From: Methylorubrum extorquens
Lineage (GTDB): Bacteria; Pseudomonadota; Alphaproteobacteria; Rhizobiales; Beijerinckiaceae
NCBI GenBank assembly: GCA_900234795.1
Contig: LT962688.1
Span: 3,150,001 to 3,182,000 of the forward strand
Length of the DNA stretch: 32,000 nucleotides
Direction of reading: 5' to 3'
A model generated the notes under the pieces. The model ran no database searches, was not told the DNA's origin, and saw only the letters and a list, made by a program, of their open reading frames with translations. Of the stretch, positions 26,523 through 32,000 are shown one piece after another. Within the stretch, counting starts at the first letter, position 1, and every line of letters starts with the position of its first letter. The position numbers and the translations under genes were made by a program.

Positions 26523-27962
26523 ATGCGAAATCCCGACCCGACGGCCCAGCCCGCGCCGGGATCGTTCTCACGGCGCGAACTGTTCGCGGGCAGCGCCTCC
26601 CTCGCCCTGATGCCGCGGACAGCCTCGGCCCAAGCGCCGGCCGGGAAGGCCCCGCCCTCGGAGCCGAAATCGATCAAGGCGGCACCGGCCACGCTCCGCC
26701 TGAAGCCCAGGCCCGCACCCGAGACCGCCGTATGGCGTCTCGGCGAAGCGGAGGCGCCGATCCTGCGGGTCAAGCTCGGCGAGGCAATCCGCCTGCGCGT
26801 CGAGAACGGGACCGACAAGCCGCTCTCGCTCCACTGGCACGGGGTGCGGATCGTCAACGCCATGGACGGCGTCGGCGGCGTCACCCAGGAGCCGATCAAG
26901 CCGGGGGCGAGCTTCACCTACGACTTCACGCCCCCGGATGCCGGCAGCTTCCTGATCCGCGCGCTCGTCGTCGGCGGGTCGAGCGAGCCGTCGGGCCGGG
27001 GCATCGCCGGCATGCTGATCGTGGACGAGCCCTCCCCGGCCCCGGTCGATGGGGATCTCGCGCTGCTCGTGCAGGATTGGCGGCTCGACGAGGCCGGCGC
27101 GCTGCAACCCTTCGGGCAGGTCGCCTTCGCCGCGGCGGCCGGGCGGCTCGGCAGCGTCGTGACGCTCAACGGACGGCCGATCCCGCTCGCGCTCGACGCG
27201 CGGCCGGGCAGCCGTCTGCGCCTGCGGCTCGCCAATGCCTGTAACGCACGCAGCCTGCGCATCCGCTTCGACGGGCTGAAGGCTTATGTCGCGGCCGTGG
27301 ACGGCCAGCCGACCGACACTTTCGAGCCTCTGAAGGCGACGCTCCCCTTCGCACCAGGCACGCGCTACGACCTACTCCTCGATCTCCCGGCGCAGGCGGG
27401 ACCGGCCGGCACGATCACCGCGCTGGTTGGGCAAGGCCTGCCGCTGGCGACCCTGACCGCCTCCGGCGAGCCCGTGGCGCAATCCGGCCGCGCCGCAATC
27501 GGCTCGATCCCCGAGAACAAGCGCCTGCCGGCCGAGATCCGACTGCAAAGCGCCCTTCGCCGCGAACTCGTGCTGACGGGCGGCGTGCGGCCCGACAAGG
27601 CGAAGCCCGGCGCCGAGACGCCCTATTCCGGCGATCCCGCCAAGATCTGGCAGATCAACGGCGCGAGTGGGACGGCGGGGGCGCCTCCCCTGTTCTCGGT
27701 CAAGCGCGGCGGGGTCGTGGTGCTGTCGATCCGCAACGACACCGGATTCATCCAGAGCCTGCACCTGCACGGCCACGTCTTCCGCCTGCTGCACCAGCTC
27801 GATGACGGCTGGGAGCCCTACTGGCTCGACACCGTGCAGATCCCGGAGGGCAAAAGCGCCCAGATCGCCTTCGTTGCGGACAATCCCGGCCGCTGGCTGC
27901 TCAGCGCGACCGTGCTGGAGCGGTTCGACACGGGGCTGTGGACGAGTTTCGAGGTGAGTTGA
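26523..27962 (+). CDS. TAT-exported multicopper-oxidase-fold protein with incomplete copper-ligand set (FtsP/SufI-like?)
   Basis: The ATG at 26523 gives a twin-arginine signal GSFSRRELFAGSASLALMPRTASA/QA. Cupredoxin motifs LSLHWHGVR and SLHLHGHVF are present. 479 aa. The ORF's upstream extension (26199-26522) overlaps tRNA-Leu. Confidence 0.8.
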   Translation: MRNPDPTAQPAPGSFSRRELFAGSASLALMPRTASAQAPAGKAPPSEPKSIKAAPATLRLKPRPAPETAVWRLGEAEAPILRVKLGEAIRLRVENGTDKPLSLHWHGVRIVNAMDGVGGVTQEPIKPGASFTYDFTPPDAGSFLIRALVVGGSSEPSGRGIAGMLIVDEPSPAPVDGDLALLVQDWRLDEAGALQPFGQVAFAAAAGRLGSVVTLNGRPIPLALDARPGSRLRLRLANACNARSLRIRFDGLKAYVAAVDGQPTDTFEPLKATLPFAPGTRYDLLLDLPAQAGPAGTITALVGQGLPLATLTASGEPVAQSGRAAIGSIPENKRLPAEIRLQSALRRELVLTGGVRPDKAKPGAETPYSGDPAKIWQINGASGTAGAPPLFSVKRGGVVVLSIRNDTGFIQSLHLHGHVFRLLHQLDDGWEPYWLDTVQIPEGKSAQIAFVADNPGRWLLSATVLERFDTGLWTSFEVS

Positions 27963-27973
27963 ACGCCCTTAGA

Positions 27974-28072
27974 GCATCATCCCGAAAGGTGGCCTCCGGC
28001 TTTCGGAAAAAGATGATGCAAAACGAAAGCCTAGAGCATCGTCCTGGATATCAGATCCAGGACGATGCTCTA
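27974..28072. repeat. composite palindromic intergenic element: two hairpins between the convergent MCO gene and the radical SAM operon
   Basis: Hairpin 1 pairs gcatcatc+ccgaaag (27974-27988) with ctttcgg (28000-28006) and gatgatgc (28012-28019), with an A5 bulge. Hairpin 2 is a perfect 18-bp palindrome, tagagcatcgtcctggat (28032-28049) - atcag - atccaggacgatgctcta (28055-28072). The motif tagagcatc also occurs at 27970-27978. Hairpin 2 overlaps the stop codon (28070-28072) of the radical SAM gene. Confidence 0.7.
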
Positions 28073-29383
28073 GCGAGGCGGCGGGAAGGTCCAGAAGAAC
28101 TCGCCCGAGCGTCCGCCCTGGAGCGAGACCTGCCGGGTGAGGAAGCGGCACTCCGCCGCCAGCGCGGCCTCGCTCCAGCCGGTGCAGGACAGCATCTTCA
28201 GGGAGACCGGGTCGTAGTCGAGACGATGCTCGGGGGGCGAGCGCACCATCAGGCCCGAGGGCAGCACGACGCAGTGATAGACCCGGAGCGCGCAGGGAAG
28301 CCGACGGGCGCGCTCGAAGTTGCGGCGAAAGGTTTCGGGATTGTCGCCGGGCAAACCCAGGATGATCTCGACGGCGAGGCTGGCCACCGCATCGAGCTTG
28401 GCGAAGGTCTCGTCGAAGCGCCGTTCGTCGTACGTGCGATCGACATGGGCCAGCACCGCGTTGTCGAAGCTCTGCAAGCCGATGCCGACATAGGCGTTGC
28501 TGACGGTGGCCAGGAAATCGAGATGCTCCTGCCGCACCGCTGCCGGGTAGACCTCGCAGATCAGCCCGTGACGCTCGAAGAAGCTGCTCTCCTCGGCGGC
28601 GCGCCGGAGGTTGAGGAAGGCATTGCGGTTGAGGTTCAACCCGGCATCGACGAGGAGCGCCGCGTAGACATCGTGGCCGGCGATGGCCTCGAACTCCTGG
28701 GTCAGATGATCGACCGCGCGCACGCGTTTGGGTGATTCCATCGTGCCCCACTCGCAGAACGAGCAGGTGAACGGGCAGCCCCGGTAGGTCTGGAGCACGC
28801 CGAGGCCGCCATGCTGCACGAGGTTCAGCGCGTAGGGCGAGGCGAGGCTGTCGAGATTGGCCAGCGGCCGGGCCGGGGTCTCGCGCCAGCCCGCGCCGTC
28901 TCGGACAGCGACGCCGCGCAGCGTACCGAGCGCGGCCGGGGTGCGCTGTTCGAGCGAGACAATTTCGAGGAAGGTCTCCTCGCCCTCGTTGATGACGAGG
29001 ACGTCGATGTCGTCCGCCGCCTTCGAGAACGGCGGACGCGCGAACATGACCGGCCGGGCCGAGGGTCCGCCGAAGACGACGAGCCGGGCCGGGTCGTCTT
29101 GCTTGATCAGCGCGGCGACGCGGCAGAGGAACGGCAGCGACCAAAGATAGGCCGAGAAGCCGACGATGTCGGGGTCAAAAGCGGTGATCTCGCGGGCGAC
29201 CCGCTCGGGGTCGCCACCGTTCAGATCCCAGACCCGGCAGACGAGACCGGGAAGGGCGGCGGCGCGCAGGGTGGCCTCGACCATGCGCAGGCCGAGATTG
29301 GGCACGAAGCTCGGCATCGCCGGATCGCGCTCCGGGTACTGCGCCACCAGCGCGATGCGCAGGCCGGAGCGGGCCGCTTTCAT
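28070..29383 (-). CDS. B12-binding-domain (class B-like) radical SAM protein, paralogue B
   Basis: 437 aa. The N-terminal Rossmann-like domain has DIVGFSAYLWS...VVFGGPSARP. The radical SAM cluster motif is YRGCPFTCSFCEWG (CxxxCxxC). The C-terminal signature is GEFFWTFP. Its ATG (29381-29383) overlaps the stop of the upstream paralogue (ATGA). Confidence 0.85.
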   Translation of the reverse strand: MKAARSGLRIALVAQYPERDPAMPSFVPNLGLRMVEATLRAAALPGLVCRVWDLNGGDPERVAREITAFDPDIVGFSAYLWSLPFLCRVAALIKQDDPARLVVFGGPSARPVMFARPPFSKAADDIDVLVINEGEETFLEIVSLEQRTPAALGTLRGVAVRDGAGWRETPARPLANLDSLASPYALNLVQHGGLGVLQTYRGCPFTCSFCEWGTMESPKRVRAVDHLTQEFEAIAGHDVYAALLVDAGLNLNRNAFLNLRRAAEESSFFERHGLICEVYPAAVRQEHLDFLATVSNAYVGIGLQSFDNAVLAHVDRTYDERRFDETFAKLDAVASLAVEIILGLPGDNPETFRRNFERARRLPCALRVYHCVVLPSGLMVRSPPEHRLDYDPVSLKMLSCTGWSEAALAAECRFLTRQVSLQGGRSGEFFWTFPPPR

Positions 29384-30759
29384 CGCGCGGCGGCCTGCCG
29401 CCACGAAGCGCGGGCTTGGGTGACGCGCTCGGGCTGACGGGGAAACGCCCACCAGAACTCGCCCGCCTTGCCGCCGGCGGCGAGCGCCCGGCGTCGCAAT
29501 TCTGCGCGGGTGCGCGCCACCGCGTCCTCGCTCCATCCCTCGCAGGAGCGCATCGTCAGCGTGTGCGGGTCGAAGCGGACATTCCATTCGGGCCGGCTGC
29601 GGGTCAGCAGCGCGTCGGGCAGGACGAGGCAGTGATAGACCCGGACGCTTGCGGGCAGCGACAGGGCGTAGTCGAGGGTGCGGAAGAAGCCCTCCGGCGT
29701 ATCGCCGGGCAGAACCGCGATGATCTGCAGCTCGATATTGGTGACGCGAGCCAGCGCCCGCACCGCCGCCTCGAAGCGGGGCGAGTCCGAGGGGCGGTCG
29801 TGCAGGCGCAAAACCGCCGGGTCCATCGATTGCATTCCGACGCCGAGATAGGCGGTGCCGATCTCCTCGATGAAGGCGAGATGCTCGTCGCGCACGATCG
29901 ACGGATAGATCTCCGCCCAGAGCAGGGTTTCCTTGAGAAAGCCCGAGCGCTGGTTGGCGAGCCGCAAGTTGCGGAAGGCGCCGATATTCAGGTTGAGGCC
30001 GGCATCGAGCAGGAACACCGCTGGCGCTTCCAGGGTGCGGAAGGCGTCGAGCTCGCGGGCGATGTAGTCGGCCGAGAACGAGGCCTTGCTGTTCTCCTTC
30101 GTGCCCCACTCGCAGAAGCGGCAGGAGAGCGGGCAGCCGCGGAAGCTTTCGAGATAGGCCACGCCCCCCTGCGGCATCAGCCCGTGCGCGTAGGGCGAGG
30201 CGATCCGGTCGAGGGCGGTGATGGGCGGGCGCCGCTCGGTCCGCTGCCAGCCGGTTGCCGTCGGCAGCGTCAGCCCGCGCACCCGCTCCCACGCGGCACG
30301 GTCGAGCTGCGGCAGCCGCGCGATTTCGCAGATGATCTCCTCGCCGTCGCCCTCGACCACGGCGTCGAGATAGGCATGGGCCGGGCGGTACGGTTCGAGA
30401 TCGAAGAAGGCGGATCGCGCCGAGGGACCGCCGAAGACGATGGCAAGCGAGGGGCGGCGCGCGCGCAGGGCCCGCGCTACCGCGATCATGGCCGGCGCCG
30501 ACCAGACATAGATCGAGAAGCCGACAAGGTCGGGCTCGAAATCCAGGATGTCCGCGACGTAAGCCTCGATATCGGCGGTGCGCCGGTCGAACAGTCGCAC
30601 GGACGCGTCGGCGAGATCGGGGTCGCCGAGCAAAGCCGCGTAGATGCGCCGGATGCCGTAGCTCGGCAGCAGCAGCTCGCCGAGTTCCTGCGCATCGGGG
30701 CGCGGCGTCATGCAGACGAGGGCGATGCGCCGATGCGTGGGGGAGGACGGCTCAAGCAT
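29380..30759 (-). CDS. B12-binding-domain (class B-like) radical SAM protein, paralogue A
   Basis: 459 aa. DLVGFSIYVWS...IVFGGPSARS, FRGCPLSCRFCEWG (CxxxCxxC), LPGDTPEGF, RVYHCLVLP and GEFWWAFP. It is collinear with paralogue B over its whole length. Confidence 0.85.
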   Translation of the reverse strand: MLEPSSPTHRRIALVCMTPRPDAQELGELLLPSYGIRRIYAALLGDPDLADASVRLFDRRTADIEAYVADILDFEPDLVGFSIYVWSAPAMIAVARALRARRPSLAIVFGGPSARSAFFDLEPYRPAHAYLDAVVEGDGEEIICEIARLPQLDRAAWERVRGLTLPTATGWQRTERRPPITALDRIASPYAHGLMPQGGVAYLESFRGCPLSCRFCEWGTKENSKASFSADYIARELDAFRTLEAPAVFLLDAGLNLNIGAFRNLRLANQRSGFLKETLLWAEIYPSIVRDEHLAFIEEIGTAYLGVGMQSMDPAVLRLHDRPSDSPRFEAAVRALARVTNIELQIIAVLPGDTPEGFFRTLDYALSLPASVRVYHCLVLPDALLTRSRPEWNVRFDPHTLTMRSCEGWSEDAVARTRAELRRRALAAGGKAGEFWWAFPRQPERVTQARASWRQAAAR

Positions 30760-30897
30760 GGTTTCGCGATGACCGGAGGGATGCCCAATGCGATCAGGCG
30801 TGAGGGAAGCGAATTTAAGGCCTTGGCAGAACTCGGGAGATCTAATCGACGCGTGCCGCCTTCACATCGTCTCAAGGCCTCAGCAGACTGATTCGGG

Positions 30898-31719
30898 TCA
30901 TCGCTTGTCGAGGCGACAATAGAGGTAGTGCAGGCAGCCGAGACGGTGCAGTTCCCGCAAGATGTCACCACCAGTCGGCTGGCCCCGTCGATCCGAGGCA
31001 ATGGTGTGATAGCTCGGCTCGGTGTTCGCGGTGGCGTCAGTCACCCGGAGGGTGAAGCCGGCGGCCTCCGCATCGCGGCGGATCGCGTCGAGCCCCGTCC
31101 ATTTGTCCGGCCAGGGGCCGAAGGCGGCTTCGAGCCCATCCGCGAACAGCGCGACCCGCTCCGGCGGCAGCGGCGGCCGGGTCAAGACGATGTCGCTCAT
31201 CACGAGAACGCCTTCCCGGGTCAGGACGCGCTGCGCCTCGCCGAAGAACGCGCGCCGGGAGGCGAAGTGGAACGCCGCCTCGACGCAGAGAAGCCGATCG
31301 AATGCGGCTTCCGCGAAGGGCAGACGGCAGGCATCGCCCGCGACCCAGGCAGCGTTGCGCGGCCGGTCATCCTGACGAAGTCCGACCGCGAGTTGGCGCG
31401 GATCGAGGTTGAGCCCGATCACGTCCACCTCGGGATCGCTCCGCCGGATCGCCCGCAGGGTGCCGCCGAAGCCGCAGCCGACATCGAGCACGCGGTGGCC
31501 CGGCGCGAGGTCGAGCCATGCGACGAGCGCCGCGCTCAACCGTTCCTGCGACTGCGCGAAACCCGCCCGCGCCCGGGTCGGCCCGACCGCCCCCGGCTCG
31601 TCCCAGTGGCCGAGATGGACATGATCGATCGCAGCGCCCTCCGCGACCGCCGCGAGGAACGCATCGAAATAGGCCGGAATCCGCGCCACTCGCCTAACCC
31701 CAGCAATGAACGGCGTCAC
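30898..31719 (-). CDS. class I SAM-dependent methyltransferase (Methyltransf_11/25-like, natural-product type)
   Basis: Motif I VLDVGCGFGGTL; acidic loop VIGLNLD; GDACRLPF; RVLTREGVLVMSD; and an upstream HLGHWDE motif. The GTG at 31719 overlaps the upstream gene by 26 nt. An alternative GTG at 31689 would start 4 nt after that gene's stop. Confidence 0.8.
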   Translation of the reverse strand: MTPFIAGVRRVARIPAYFDAFLAAVAEGAAIDHVHLGHWDEPGAVGPTRARAGFAQSQERLSAALVAWLDLAPGHRVLDVGCGFGGTLRAIRRSDPEVDVIGLNLDPRQLAVGLRQDDRPRNAAWVAGDACRLPFAEAAFDRLLCVEAAFHFASRRAFFGEAQRVLTREGVLVMSDIVLTRPPLPPERVALFADGLEAAFGPWPDKWTGLDAIRRDAEAAGFTLRVTDATANTEPSYHTIASDRRGQPTGGDILRELHRLGCLHYLYCRLDKR

Positions 31720-32000
31720 CGGTGCGGGATCGGGCCATGAAGGAGCAGGCGGTCCAGCGCAGGCGGGCGCCTTCCACCGGTGTCACCTGATGGAGGAAGC
31801 GGCCCGAGCGCAGGAGCACGATGGTCCCCGCCTCGACGTCGAAGGCGTGGCGGGCAAAGCGCGCGAGGTCGGGCTTTTCTCGCGCGCGATCGCGATTCTG
31901 GAACCGGCCCGACCACGCCTCCGCCTTGGCGTCGAAGACTTCCAGCATCCCGCCGCGCTCGGCCTTGGACAGGGTCAGCACGAAGGAGAAGATGTCGCCC
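31694..32000 (-). CDS. 2OG-Fe(II) oxygenase superfamily protein, C-terminal part (5' end lies beyond the window)
   Basis: The frame is open to the window edge: GDIFSFVLTLSKAERGGMLEVFD...GTIVLLRSGRFLHQVTPVEGARLRWTACSF. The distal His and Arg pattern (H-x-V-x-P-V...R-x-x) is typical of the jelly-roll 2OG oxygenase C-terminus. The HxD part would lie outside the window. Confidence 0.6.
   Translation of the reverse strand, partial: GDIFSFVLTLSKAERGGMLEVFDAKAEAWSGRFQNRDRAREKPDLARFARHAFDVEAGTIVLLRSGRFLHQVTPVEGARLRWTACSFMARSRTGDAVHCWG

Noticed and set aside
30795-30845. agggaagc...-type sequence reminiscent of the start of a cobalamin riboswitch, next to B12-type radical SAM genes
   Set aside because: The match is on the + strand, whereas the genes are on the - strand. 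The gap is only 138 nt, and I could not find a B12-box or the remaining conserved helices.
491-30891. Other long antisense or off-frame track ORFs: 491..1537(-), 5263..6915(+), 8049..9194(+), 11508..12197(-), 12536..13543(+), 13494..14318(-), 14373..15098(-), 22479..23930(+), 24706..26178(+), 27969..29144(-), 28811..29437(+), 29416..30891(+), 30928..31740(+), 3266..3946(-), 16104..17000(+)
   Set aside because: Each overlaps a gene with clear family signatures on the other strand or in another frame. Each also has the Arg/Pro/Gly/Ala-dominated composition expected when a ~70% GC sequence is read out of frame.

Overview
High-GC (roughly 68-70% by eye) alphaproteobacterial chromosomal segment. 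The protein sequences and gene order look Methylobacterium/Methylorubrum-like, but this is unverified. About two thirds is housekeeping: rplY-pth-ychF, nfi, polA, and the block tRNA-Leu / tig / clpP / clpX / lon / tRNA-Val.

Two compact operons of enzymes are not explained by any pathway I recognise:
(1) On the - strand at 28070..>32000: a 2OG-Fe(II) oxygenase (cut by the window edge), a class I methyltransferase, and two tandem, translationally coupled paralogous B12-type radical SAM enzymes. The operon ends in a composite palindromic element.
(2) On the + strand at 14613..17340: a YqcI/YcgG (GntA-like) protein, an NPPF-motif methyltransferase and an EgtD-family N-methyltransferase with no EgtB partner. 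A DUF1989 gene and an 11-bp perfect inverted repeat lie upstream.

Other accessory content:
- a low-GC orphan KpsM-type ABC-2 permease with an in-frame TGA, next to tRNA-Ala
- an OPT transporter and a YihY/BrkB membrane protein
- a TAT-exported multicopper-oxidase-fold protein that seems to lack the type-1 copper ligands
- a secreted Gly-rich repeat protein
- a start-less ORF remnant with strong coding-type GC3
- an unlisted 35-aa membrane ORF

Three genes carry reading-frame lesions: rplY (+1 nt), the KpsM-like gene (TGA) and a GT4 glycosyltransferase (-1 nt). These may be sequencing artefacts or real decay.

I saw no rRNA, CRISPR array, transposase, integrase or phage genes. The many long antisense or off-frame ORFs in the track are high-GC artefacts.
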